DNA of 63,829 nucleotides, counting the filler, from Atractiella rhizophila (lineage: Eukaryota), in NCBI GenBank assembly GCA_021432655.1. It is 4 parts of 4 records of this genome, joined end to end, with 100 filler letters (N's around TTAATTAATTAA, not from the genome) between each part and the next. Parts side by side here need not be neighbours in the genome. Positions count along the whole stretch, not along the records: positions 1 to 23,552 come from MU271803.1; positions 23,653 to 43,198 come from MU271804.1; 2 more parts are not named here. The stretch is one strand, 5' to 3'. The position numbers were made by a program, and so were the translations under genes. Of the stretch, positions 13,531 through 25,406 are shown piece after piece (positions within the stretch are counted from its first letter, which is position 1; every line of letters starts with the position of its first letter). The notes under the pieces are model-generated. The model was not told the origin of the DNA. It did not search any database and saw nothing but the letters and a program-made list of their open reading frames with translations.

Positions 13531-13853
13531 AATGTTTCTCTGAATGTTTTTTGGACGATGAACTACCGTGCATTGTCTACACTATCCGGTAGTCATAGTC
13601 AGAAGCTCAAAGATAAATATGACTATTCCGGCACACGAAACTCCTCCTGGTGAGAACCTCCTGAAGTGGAATCTGCTGGTCTGGAGAAAACTTAAGGTCT
13701 AAAGCCGGTGCATATCAAAGGATAGTATGGTGTGAGTTCTGGTACATTCATGTTCCATTTCACATCTCCTCCACTGCTTGAATCCTTTTTTGCAGACTTC
13801 TTTTGAGCGTTACTAATATTTTTTTTTGGCTAAATCATGAAAAGACCACTTCG

Positions 13854-14360
13854 TCAGGCATGAACCTCGCCTGTTTCGCTTTTGCATTTGTTGATTTTCT
13901 TCATCTTTTCTGACATAGGATAAGCGTCCATCCAAGTAGCCATCGCTGACACTTTCCATCCAAGTTTGCTGTCTTTCTGCTCTTCAAGTTCGATGTAAGA
14001 GAATTCAGAGATTGGAACTTTCTCCTGTTCTTGGTCCTTCTTCACGATCCTGACACAGTCGCCCTCCCAGAACACCATTCTCTTGTCCCCCACCTGCATC
14101 TCCCAAGCCATCTTCAGATCGTGATGAAGGAAAGACCAAAGGTTATAGCCATCGGGGTAGAATGACTTGGCACTTTCGAGGAATGGCATTGTTTGCGCCT
14201 CGCCGTTGAGGGTGAAGATGGCAGTTGGGTGCATCAGGTCTGAAAGGGAAGCGGGAACGCTGGAAGACAGTGTATCGAGCGTGTAGAGCAGCTCTTTCAA
14301 GAGTATCAGCCCCGCACTGGCGGTGGGTGGTATCGTTTCGTATGTGCCAGAGTAGAACAT
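13854..14360 (-). CDS. Hypothetical fungal protein, possibly NTF2/SnoaL-like fold (5' end uncertain)
   Basis: 168-aa ORF with a coding-like alpha+beta pattern (LMHPTAIFTLNG..HDLKMAWE..VFWEG..WMD). The fold call is inference. Confidence 0.5.
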   Translation of the reverse strand: MFYSGTYETIPPTASAGLILLKELLYTLDTLSSSVPASLSDLMHPTAIFTLNGEAQTMPFLESAKSFYPDGYNLWSFLHHDLKMAWEMQVGDKRMVFWEGDCVRIVKKDQEQEKVPISEFSYIELEEQKDSKLGWKVSAMATWMDAYPMSEKMKKINKCKSETGEVHA

Positions 14361-14695
14361 CTACTTGATAATGTAAATCAGCGGTCATAGATCGGAAGCA
14401 GTACTGTACATTACTTGAGCGAGTTGACAGCGACGATGGGAAGGGGAAAATGAGAACTGTGGTGGATTCTTGAGGTTCATCAGCCTATGACTGGTTTGAC
14501 TTAGGTCTTTGCGGGACTTGCTTTGAATATGTTCGGTGGCGCTGCATGAATGAAATACTAAATGCAAGCGAAGAGATGCATTTACTGACTTGTGAGTAGA
14601 ACGTGGCATGTGGCTCATGTCGACTACGGAGGGGAATGCGAATGAATTCGACTGAAGCTGCTTTGAATCATACTGCATTGCAATGTGTGCAGAAA

Positions 14696-15853
14696 TTACA
14701 ACAAGAACTCCTGCACAATTTGTGCAAACGTTTCCGGAAACTGGAGGTGTGCGACATGACTATGGTCACCCAGTCAGCTTCGCGAATGATCAATAGGAGA
14801 GAGAACATACTGAGCGTCCTTTATGATGGCGTGCTTCACATTCTTTATGTTCTCAATGAACGGTCGATGACATTCGGCTGAAGCTTCATCAAATTGACCT
14901 CTCAGACTGAGAGTGGGCACATTGATCTTGTACAATTGGTCAGATATGTCCCAACTCTTCAAAGTCCCTTTGCACTCGAACTCGGAAAGTCCATACTAAG
15001 TTTACATATTGTCAGACTAGTTGTCTTCAATGTTGTACAGATGGCAGATTGAACGCACCATTGTCTCTAATACTTGCGGATTCTTCTCCGCATGGGCAAA
15101 AACATCAAGGATACATGCGGGAACCGGTGTGAAACCAACCACAACCTTCTCTCTCCACGTATTCACCGCCTCCTGAAGCCATGTTAGCAGTGTCGCTCTT
15201 CTGTCAGTAATCATGGACTAAACCTGATATTCAGGTGAATCTGTAGTTCCCGCTTTCTCGTGTTCGTAAAATATGTTTTGCAGTTCAGGGTCCATCGTGC
15301 CCAGCAGATTGAGGACGGATTCATCCCAATTCCTCATTCTCGCCAAACTGCTGTAGATAACAAGCTTCCTCAATCCAGGGAGCGCGCCACGAATCGTGGC
15401 TTCGGCTGCGAGCATGCCACCCCAAGAATGCCCGATGAGGTCGAACGAATTGAGCCCGAGATGGGAAATCAGATTCGCCAACTCTTCGACAAAGAGTTCC
15501 ACGGTCCAGAATGTGGAAGGAGCTTTCGGAAGTAGAGTGGAATTCCCGTTCCCTAACTGGTCATACAAGATAATGACGCGGTCCGGAAAGAGAGCTCCAA
15601 AGTTTCCGAGGTAGCCCTAAGAAACGTCAGAAACAGTGCCATCTCCTCGCTATTATCAACTTACGTGAACCAGTCCAGGGCCGCCGTGCAGACCTGAAAT
15701 AGCACAGTTGCACCAGCTTCTTCAGAAAACAGGGAACGTACCAATCAGAGGTAGAGACTTCCTCTGGGCTAGTTCTCCATAAACGTAATAGGCAGTCTCG
15801 TATCCTTTGAAAGGGGCCTTAGCAACAGTGGTTGGTTTGATTTCCTCAGCCAT
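14696..15853 (-). CDS. Proline iminopeptidase / proline-specific peptidase (S33, alpha/beta hydrolase)
   Basis: LHGGPG, YDQLGNGNS, GHSWGGMLA nucleophile elbow, PTLSLRGQFDEA and SHVAHL..FLL-stop. Confidence 0.9.
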
Positions 15854-16235
15854 CTTAGCGGTTGCCGAGGGTTGTCCAAGAGAATGATTTTCTTGAAAGC
15901 ATGACATTGAAGTTTCTAGCTCTTTTATATGTTGACACGGAAGGTCATAGAACTCTGCGTCAAACTGAGCCGAGAAGTTCGCCACTTTGCATTGCAGCTG
16001 TAACTCCACTGCTTTACGCAGATATTGCGCTTAACTCCTGCTACTGGATTGTGATAAACAGACAGAAATCTCGCTGACAAGAGCCGAAAATCACTCGAAT
16101 CCTGCAAAAGTTATACTGTAGATCGAGAGGGAAAACTGTGCTTCACACTTGTGATGCCCTACGCATAGATTACAGATTTGAGAACACACAGAACAATTAG
16201 GAAAGGAGAACGTTCGTAGATCGTAAGCCGTGACA

Positions 16236-18904
16236 TTACTTACTGTGAACAATTTCAACAAAGTAAGAAATGGACTGAAATTGGAGATGAGCATCGTAAA
16301 AGGAGAGAATTATGTTTTCGAATCCGGCTTGCCTCGCATAGAAAGTATATCTCATCTCCTTGCTGGTTCCCTGTTGAAGAGGGATCTGTTCTGCACGTAA
16401 AAACACAACGTTTCCCTGCATGGCGTCAACGTTACTGCCGATGATTGTATCTGTCTAGAGTTGAGGGGAAAGAGATTTATTATTCGTGGTGATGTGCAAG
16501 GTGAGAAATAGACGCACACTACACATGACCTCGACTGAGAACGTAGTGCCAATTTGGAGAGGTTTAGCAGAAGCATTTTTGACGGAGAGACTACACTCTA
16601 GAGGGGACGTTTTATAGTACTCCTCAACTGCTCGTTGAAGAGGCGAGAGGAGTTTCTTCAGATCTCCCAAGCTAGGCATTCCTTTGAGTACGAATAGGAA
16701 AGCGATGCTGCGATCTGTCTTCTTATGTGACCAAACGGCAAAAGGTTGTCCATCAGTGGTCGTCCCGTTCATTCCTTGCGCGAAAGTATTGATAGAGGGA
16801 GCTTCTATTTCTTCTGACATTCCATCCTGATGCAGAGATGCCGAGCGATTGACATACTCGAAGTGGATTCTATCACAGTCATTAATGGCAAAGAGGTCGA
16901 TTCGGACAGCATCTTCGTCCTTGACACCAGCAGGATAAAAATGCCAGTTCGCGTTCATGGTTACCCCATCAAAGTGGATGTCGAGCTCGTCCAAATTTCC
17001 CTCTGGAAATGCTTCCTCGATCGCAGCCAAAACGCCAACTCCTCCCTTTGCATCAAGGCGCATATCTACAGGCGATACCAATCTCGTGACCCCAGGTCCA
17101 TCTCGCAAATCCCAAAAATGACCATCCTTGGCTGGCACAGGCTCTTTTCGGCCACCAGCTTCGTATGCTTTCTGAAGTCTAAATGTAGCCTCGTGATCTA
17201 TCGCTGAATCGATGTACCCTCGCAGAGAAACTAGCCCCTTCTCAGGACCACAGGTGATATCGACGACTTTCGGTCCCGTTCGCTCGTTTCGGTCGAGGGT
17301 GAGGAAAGCGTGATTGCCGAAGGAGGAGCGCTTGGGGTCAAGCTGGCATACCTGGAATGACTTTCCGTCTGGAGGCAAGGGACTGTTGCACCATTTCTCG
17401 ACTCCTATGAGAAACGTCGGCGTGATGTATCCGAAGGGACAGAGGTACATCATTCGGACTTTCGCCACACCTTCGTCCAGACCGAGAGAAAGCATAGTTT
17501 GGCCAAGGCCGGCGAGGTCGTAGCAATTAACCCACCGTCCTCTCTCTCCATTTTGATTCTGAACATGCTGAAGAAAGTGTTCAATATAACAGCTGGTGGA
17601 CACCTTCGCACCTATCGCGATCAGCAAAAATGTAAAGGTATCAATCACTGACTTGATCGGAAATGTCTGCGTTCCCTGAAGGTGCTGGCCATCCCGTATA
17701 GTTGCTTATTCCTCCAATCGACTCATATTGAAAGATTTGAGTGGACGTTCCGTCCTGAGGGCGAAAGAAATTGACGACGTGATTCACCCAAGTTTGGGAC
17801 TTGTCGTTGAAAGATGGGTCTATTGGAAGGACGAGCAATTGGAGAAGCATAGCAGGCACCCCATCGAGGATAAACTTGGGAAGGCGCGGAGGCAAAACGT
17901 AGATTTCTATGGCTGTGGTCGCCCGAGTAGTGGGCAGGTCACCTGAAGACTTGATCTCCCAATCTATGAAACCCTTGAATCCGAAGGGCAGGTTGTGCAG
18001 CAGCTTTGGGATACTGTAGGAGAAACTGGAACCTCCAACTCCTGTAGAAAGGTCTGGGAACTGCATCTTCGACTCGGACACAGATCGAAATTTGCCATGG
18101 AGCGTCCAGGTGACAGAAGAACTGGACCAGACATCGTCAATTTGTAGCTGGAGGTGCGCCTGAGAGCGTGACAGGGCTGCAGGAACGACTTCTTGATTCC
18201 CTTCCTTGCACCAGAGGACAAGGCGCTCTTGGTCGAAAGAGCAGGAGCGGGAGCCGTTCCTGGTGACGAAAACTGGACAGAAGGCGGGCACTGAGATGGA
18301 TCGTAAGGAAGGAGAAGGAGGATGGTTCTGAACTTCTAGGTAGACGTCGCCTACAAATTACCAAAGCGTCAGCTTCGAATATTTCCATGTGTAGTTAGCA
18401 AGCTCACGATATGCGTGAAGGTTCTTTTCAGACAACACTTCGTCTTCAATTTTGAATCGAAAGTTGTTATTGTCCTTGTCGAATTTCGGAATAATGCTGG
18501 TGGTCGCATCCCCAGTCGGTTCGCCATTCTTACGCCAAAGATCGATCCTGAATTCAAACTTGACTGAACCTGAGGGGCCTCCTGCTAATTGGTAGAATAT
18601 CCAGTTGCGCAACCCAACCCGGCTGTCTGAGAGGACAAGATCAAATCACGCTTGAAAGAAGAAGGCATGAGATGGAATACGAACAAGTCAATGTACTAAT
18701 CCGCGACTCGTTATCACCAGCTCTCATCTCTCCCTTCGAAACGGGATGTCGATCGTCTCCGGACCATTGATTGAAGCCCTGTTGCCCTTCTTTACCAGCG
18801 TTAACCCATTCGAGAATGAAAGGTGTCTTGTTATGAAGAACAATTTCGCAAGTGATGGGCTCACGAGCGTCGTTGTGCGATCCATCGAAATCCAGTGGTG
18901 GCAT
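16236..18904 (-). CDS. Multi-domain hypothetical protein with transglutaminase/papain-like C-H-D motif, paralog A
   Basis: Exons in ORFs 18641-18904, 18358-18612, 17641-18291, 16455-17648 and 16236-16421; motifs VNCYDLAG, PFGYI, CNSP, RSSFGNHAF, VVDITCGP. Confidence 0.7.
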
Positions 18905-19529
18905 TCAGCACTGTTGAAACTTCAAGAATAGTATTTGTGTAATTGAGATTTGATGAGAGCTCGTTACCGTTCAGGGACCCACCGTGGGGCTTCACCAGCC
19001 TCATTCTTCCACTTTATAGTTACCAGGAGCAGATCCTAATAATATCAATGACAGGTGAAAGAGCCTTAAGTGCCCCAAATGTTCCACAAACCATTCAAAA
19101 CAAAGGAGGTGTAGCTCCACGAGTACGTAGTGTGGCGCTGTTTTTGCCACCCACGCAGACTAATTGCGAACGTGAGCGAACTCCAATTGTACATAGCATG
19201 ATGCATGTGCATGAGGCCTGAGGCCTGAGGTGTGACAAACGTCAGCATAGAATTTCAATAGACCCAGCCGATTTCTTGACTAGACCCTTCAACTGGCGTC
19301 ACAGCATCTAGATATCTACCAAGGCAATATGCGAATGGCCCGATATTGTAGATGTTATACAATGCACTGTGAGTTTTCCCAGCTGGCGGTTGTTCGCCTC
19401 CCCACTGTGTTCTACTCATGTCTAGACGTCTGACATCTCTTTCTTCCCGTTCTTGGCCAACACCGTCCGCTCATATAAAACTTATCTTCGTTCACTGGAT
19501 TCCCCATCGTCTTCCACGATCGTGAACAA

Positions 19530-20943
19530 ATGGAGAATTCAGGTTTGTCTCTTAATATATAATATATAACCTTTGCATTGCTGATCGTCTTCTACCATTG
19601 TGAACGATCGGGGAATCCAGATTCTATCATACAACATCTCTACAGAATCATTTCAGTCAGGTCTGTGACCATCACAGTTAACAAGCTGTATTGCTGTATC
19701 ATCAGCTCTTGCAGCAGTCTACCTGGGAAGGACACGAGCCTTTTCCAATTCGTCGAACAGATCACGTTCCCCACCGACCATTTAGTCCATTTATCAAATG
19801 GAATGAGACCGAAAAAGTTTTCAGATCGAGATTTACAGTAATGACAATTTAGAAGAAGTGATCCTTTGACTTACATTTTAGCATTCACACCGTTCAGTAG
19901 CTCTGTAATGTATTGAGCTTGAAGTATCAATTGTATGGGCGTGGTTTGTTTCATTATTTTAGCCTTTTCTTGTGCTCCCACTTAATTTCTTTATTCAGCT
20001 CGAATGTAACTGCTAACACACCAATTTGAGGGTGTGTGTAAATTTTTCTTGCGCAGACGGCAAGGGGAAGTGCTGGATAAATAAATTGAACCTTGGACTT
20101 GCGTGTGCCAGCGGTATTCTCACGCAGAGAAACAACGGTGGCTTGGATGCTCTACATAGGCTGCCTAATGACGCTCAGATTTGAACTCTTCGATCTAGGA
20201 CAGCTCTCGCGCATCACACGCTGGAAAGACTCGAGCTCGTTGAAGGATTCGAACATGAAATGAAAGGGGTGGTTTCTTGCATCCAGTAGCTTTCTAAGGT
20301 TGGCAGCGAAATAGTTTGATTCTATTTCCGTGCGTTCATTCGCACAGACGAACGGTATCTGGACGTTTTACCAGCACCCTTATAGTTGCAGGGAAGACAG
20401 TGGAGCGGTCGCAAATACCATCACCCTGTGCGAGCTCGCCTTGTCTTGGATTGCAGCAGCAAGCAATAACTTTTTGATTGTTAGCAAACAAATGGATTCA
20501 CGATCCGAACTCACCGTTGCAATTCGGGAAATCTCAAACTGAGGAACAGGGCTATATGGTAATATGGTCAGCTTACGTGGCCAAAGAGCAAGCGGATCAT
20601 CCAATTTGGGATGGCAGTACTTTTCACATCCATCATGTTTTGAATGAATCAACTCAGGTTTGTCGTCTTTGAGCAGATTGAAGGCAGACTCGTTCTCATC
20701 TCATTCATGCTGTGGTTGGAAGATGGATGCCCTGTTGAGATTACGTTTCGGAGGCATGTCACCCACTGCCAGTGCGTATCTACGGCGCAATGCAACTTGA
20801 GCATCCGGGTGCGTAAGGTCGGGTTCCACCAACTTTGGTGTTATAAGCTGGATGCTGCGGTTAGGGCAGAAATTGCCTCAGTTCTACCAATATATCTAGA
20901 GGAAGGACTTTATTACACTTGTGATGCCCTGCAGATCGGTTAA
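19530..20943 (+). pseudogene. Possible degraded gene between the two paralogs
   Basis: Coding-like fragments interrupted by stops and frame changes, with a few splice-like signals; no family recognised. Confidence 0.25.
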
Positions 20944-21001
20944 ATGGTCGAGAACATGCAGAAAGAGGAAATATGAATGTTATATTTCGTAAACCGCACA
21001 A

Positions 21002-23552
21002 TTACTTGCGTTGAACGATTTCAACAAAGTATGAAATGGACTGAAATTGGAGATGAGCGTCGTAAAAGGAGAGAATGATGTTTTCGAGACCGGTTCGCCT
21101 GGCATAGAAAGTATATCTCATCTTGCTGCCAGTTCCTTGTTGAAGATGGATTTGTTCTGCACGTAAGAAGACCACGTTTCCCTGCATCGTATCAACATTG
21201 CTGCCGACGACTGTATCCGTCTATAAGTGCGAGGAAAGAGAATCAGCACTCGCGATGATGTACTAGGTGAGAAATGGACGCACACGGCATATGACCTCGA
21301 CTGAGAAAGTAGTGCCCATTTGGAGAGATTTAGCGGATGCATTTCTGAGGGAGAGATCGGGGTCTGGCGGCGACTCTTTATAGTAATCGTCAACTGCTTG
21401 TTGGATAGGGTTGATGAGTTTATTCAGCTCTTCGAGCAAAGGCATCCCTTTGAGTACGAAGAGGAAGGCGAGGCGGCGGCCACTCTTCTTATGCGACCAA
21501 ACAGCAAATGGTTGTCCATCACTAGTCGTCCCTTTCGTTCCTCGCACGAAAGTATTGATAGAGGCAGCTTCTATTTCTTCTGACGTTCCATCCAAATCTA
21601 GAGATTTCGATCGGTTGACATACTCGAGATAGATTTTATCAGAGTCATTAATGGCAAAGAGGTCGATTCGCACAGCATCTTCGTCCTTCACACCAGCAGG
21701 ATAGAAATGCCAGTTCGCGTTCATGGTTACCCCATCAAAGTGAATGTCGAGCTCGTCCAAATCTCCATCAGGCAATGCCTCCTCAATCGCGGCCAAAACT
21801 CCAACCCCTCCCTTTGCATCTAAGCGGAAATCGACAGGCGAGACCAATCGCGTTACTCCAGGTCCATCTCGTAGATTCCAAAAATGACCGTCCTCCGCTG
21901 GCGCACGTCCTTTTCGGCCAGCAGCTTCGTATGCTTTCTGAAACTTAGCCGTAGCATCATGATCTATCGCTGCATCAATGTACCCTCGGAGCGTGAGCTG
22001 GGCTTTCTGAGGACCACAGGTGATATCGACGACTTTAGGTCCATTTCGCTCGTTTCGGTCGAGGGTGAGGAAAGCGTGATTGCCGAAGGAGGAGCGCTTG
22101 GGGTCAAGCTGGTCTACCTCGAATGACTTGCCGTCTGGGGGGAAAGGACTGTTGCACCATCCGTCCACACCTATGAGGGACGTCTTGTTGATATATCCGA
22201 AGGGATAGAGGTACATCATTCGGAGTTTCGCTACACTTTCGTCCAAACCGAGAGACAGCATGGTTTGGCCAAGTCCGGCAAGGTCGTAGCAATTGACCCA
22301 TCGTGACCTATTCGCTTTTTGATTTTTAATGTGCTGGAGGAAGTGTTCGATGTAACAGCTAGTAGATACCTTTGCAGCTATCAGATCAACCAGAGTATTC
22401 TAAAAACGCAAACACTCACTTGATCAGCAATGTCGGCCTTCCCTGAAGGACCTGGCCACCCCGTATAGTTGCTCATTCCGCCATTCGACTCGTACTGAAA
22501 GATTTGAGAGGACTTTCCATCCTGAGGGCGAAAGAAATTGACGACGTGATCAACCCAAGTCTGAGATTCATCCTTGAAAGATCGGTCTATCGGAAGGACA
22601 AGGAATTGGAGGAGTAAAGCGGGCACGCCATCAAGAATGAACTTGGGAAGATGCGGAGACAAAATGTAGATTTCTACGGCTGTGGTCGCTCGAGTAATCG
22701 GCAGGTCGCCCGAAGACTTGATCTCCCAATCGATGAAACCCTTGAATCCGAACGGCAGATTGTTTAACAATTTAGGAATACTGCAGGAGAGAATGGACTC
22801 TCCAACTCCTGCAGAAAAGTTAGGAAACTGCATCTTCGACTCGGATGCTGGTCGAAATTGGCCAAGGATTGTCCAAGTGACAGAGGAAGTGGACCACACA
22901 TCGTCAATTTGAAGTTGAAGATTGGCATGAGAGAGCGACACCGCCGCAGGGACCACATCTTGGTTCGCCCCTTTGGACCAGAGGACAAGTCGCTCTTGAT
23001 CGAAAGAGCAGGAGCGAGAGCGGTTCGCGGTGACAAAAACGGGACAGAAAGCGGCTACTGAGATGGATCGCAAGGAAGGCGAAGGGGGGAGGTTCTGAAC
23101 TTCGAGGTGGACATCGCCTAAGCATTCCGTCCAAACCAATCAGCGATGAATACGTCCGTAAGAGGAGTACAAACGTACGATATACATGACGATTTCCATC
23201 AGACAACTGTTCGTCGTCAATCCTGAATCGGAAGTTGCTGTTGTCCTCATTGAACTTCGGAACGATACTTGTTGTTGCATTCGCAGTCGGTTCGCCATTC
23301 TTACGCCAAAGATTGATCCTGAATTCAAACTTGACCGAACCCGATGGACCTCCTTCAAGTTTGTAGAAAATCCAGTTTCGCAACCCGAGGCGATTATCTG
23401 AGAAAGCAGAATAAATGTCTGCGCTGATGGTGAGAATGAAAGAGGAGGTCAGACTCACGAGTCAATGTACGAATCCGCGACTCGTTGCCGCCAGCTCTCA
23501 TCTCTCCCTTCGAAACGGGATGTTGATCGTTCCCGGACCATCTGTTGAGACC
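21002..23552 (-). CDS. Paralog B of the C-H-D motif protein (5' end lost in the assembly gap)
   Basis: Highly similar exons and the same intron layout as paralog A; NCYDLAG, FGNHAF and VVDITCGP are retained. Confidence 0.7.
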
Positions 23553-23652
23553 NNNNNNNNNNNNNNNNNNNNNNNNNNNNNNNNNNNNNNNNNNNNTTAA
23601 TTAATTAANNNNNNNNNNNNNNNNNNNNNNNNNNNNNNNNNNNNNNNNNNNN
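23553..23652. other. Assembly gap with artificial TTAATTAATTAA linker
   Basis: N run + TTAATTAATTAA + N run, 100 bp in total, identical in form to the gaps at 43199 and 61940. Confidence 0.95.
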
Positions 23653-24156
23653 ACAAATGTACTTGGTGAGTCGGACGATCCGGTGAATGTAGATCGCTTG
23701 GACAAGGAGGGTGACAATTCCTTGAAAGATTGCAACGGGAACTACATGTCATCGTCACTTGGTCGTGATACTTTCGACCAGCAGAGCAGGACTGACCAGT
23801 GGCAGAAGCAGGATGCCCCAACAGAAAAATAGGACCCGTCCGAGTCGTGTCCATGTTTTGAATGAACAATACGTATTTATTCGCCCTACATTCCAAGGTT
23901 TTGACACATGGACAGGAGGAGAGAGAAAACTGTACGTGTCTCCAAGATTTATCCAGAACAAGGTGGTGATGATCCACCATGACTTTGTGTATACGGCTCC
24001 TCGCTCATTCAAGAGTCTGTAAATTGCCAGGAACTGGTGCAAAGTTATACCAAAGAGGATGAAGGTGAAGCTGCCACCAATCATGAGCGGGTAAATGTGA
24101 GTGCGGTAGAGGTCCTTCGTCCATGGCACAAACTGTTCTACAGGCTCGCCGCTCAT
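23653..24156 (-). CDS. Integral membrane protein, 5' part (basidiomycete multi-TM, DUF6534-like)
   Basis: PLMIGGSFTFILFGITLHQFLAIY..WWIITTLFWINLGDT and further hydrophobic exons; truncated by the gap. Confidence 0.55.
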
Positions 24157-24835
24157 TTTGCCACAAGAGGTAGATGGGACTCAGAGTGATGACAGCCACG
24201 ACCAGTCTTCAGCTTTAATGCTCAGCAACAATTTAAACAAGGTCAGGGCGGTTAGTTTAGATGTGAGATCCGAGGCCAGATCACTTCAGAACGCAGCCCG
24301 GTTCCCCAAATGAAATGAATGTGAGAGGTTCGGCGCCCCAAGCAATGAGCTTACCCCACAGACGAAACAAAACCGATGCTTCTAACGAGTCATGGCAAAG
24401 CTATCTTTGATTAAATTTGGTGCTTTGATGAACTTAACATTTACGTCAAGTGTTGCTTCACTTGGTTCTGACGACAAACGATGCGGGGAGAGTCCCGACG
24501 TGTCTACATTACCATTCAAATTTGCGACGCACATGAAGAAAGCATTCAACTCATTCCGACTAAAGGACCACGGCTGAAGGCGAAGATCCCCATTTGGAGA
24601 TTGGAGATCGCACAATAGAAGACAGCTGATAGCAAATTGATTGACGACAAAGCTCCAAACCAAAGCACGAGGGATGTCACATGAGACACCCAATCAGCCC
24701 AACATTCTTTGCTGAGTTCATCGTTCTACTTTCAAGCTTCCATCAGTTTAAGGTAGATAGCACGGTGTTCCTATCTTGGCCGCACGGGATGCTGAAAGCG
24801 AAAGGTAGCCGGACATATTGGAACGGTCACCAGCT

Positions 24836-24920
24836 CGAAGGGATAGAGAGATTTTCGATTATCGAATTATCTCTCTTCACATGAGATAATTCGATAATCG
24901 AAAATCTCTCTATCCCTTCG
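24836..24920. repeat. Perfect 38-bp inverted repeat with 9-nt spacer (MITE/TIR remnant candidate)
   Basis: CGAAGGGATAGAGAGATTTTCGATTATCGAATTATCTC-tcttcacat-GAGATAATTCGATAATCGAAAATCTCTCTATCCCTTCG. Confidence 0.9.
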
Positions 24921-25303
24921 CACCGAATCTCATCCGCTTACTTCAGACGCGTTCCGTGAGAAACAGCTGGAGCTGTGCTGGAGCTGGAGCTCAGAACCTG
25001 AGAAACTCAACGTTGACTCCCGTCACAAGTTGTAGGCTTCCTCTCAGATGCCAGAATCAGTGTTAGCAACATAATGCCGCAACATACTTTCTCTTCTCCA
25101 CACCGTCCCTCAAGGTCTCCAGGCCTCAGCCTCAAGTGCGACTACTCATGGGAAATTGGATTGACGAACCATTTCTGTAGTATCTCATCCTGACCGACCC
25201 TAGACCCACGACAATCCATTATGAAGAGATAAAAATCCATTTCTTACTAGCAGCGTCCCTCCTTCGCGATGGCATGGAATTTTTTTTCAAGGGTTGAGGC
25301 ACA

Positions 25304-25327
25304 CACGCGCCGCAACACGTGACGCGT
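25304..25327. promoter_or_regulatory. MCB-like (ACGCGT/ACGCG) cell-cycle elements and a CACGTGAC motif upstream of FEN1
   Basis: ACGCGC..CACGTGACGCGT lies ~80-100 bp before the FEN1 ATG, with another ACGCGT near 24946. MCB boxes are typical of fungal G1/S replication genes. Confidence 0.5.
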
Positions 25328-25406
25328 TCAAGCAAACGGACGCAAGTTGAAGCTTGAAGTCTGGCAGCCAAATCATTGACGAGCACGTCCCCTTCCTTTA
25401 TTAAGC

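Noticed and set aside
19210..19232. TGAGGCC tandem motif, with a similar motif near 25120
   Set aside because: Too short and too few copies to distinguish from chance.
23597..23608. TTAATTAATTAA palindrome recurring at 23597, 43243 and 61984
   Set aside because: Always centred in N runs of identical length; an artificial all-frame-stop scaffold linker, not biology. Genes on either side may not be true neighbours.
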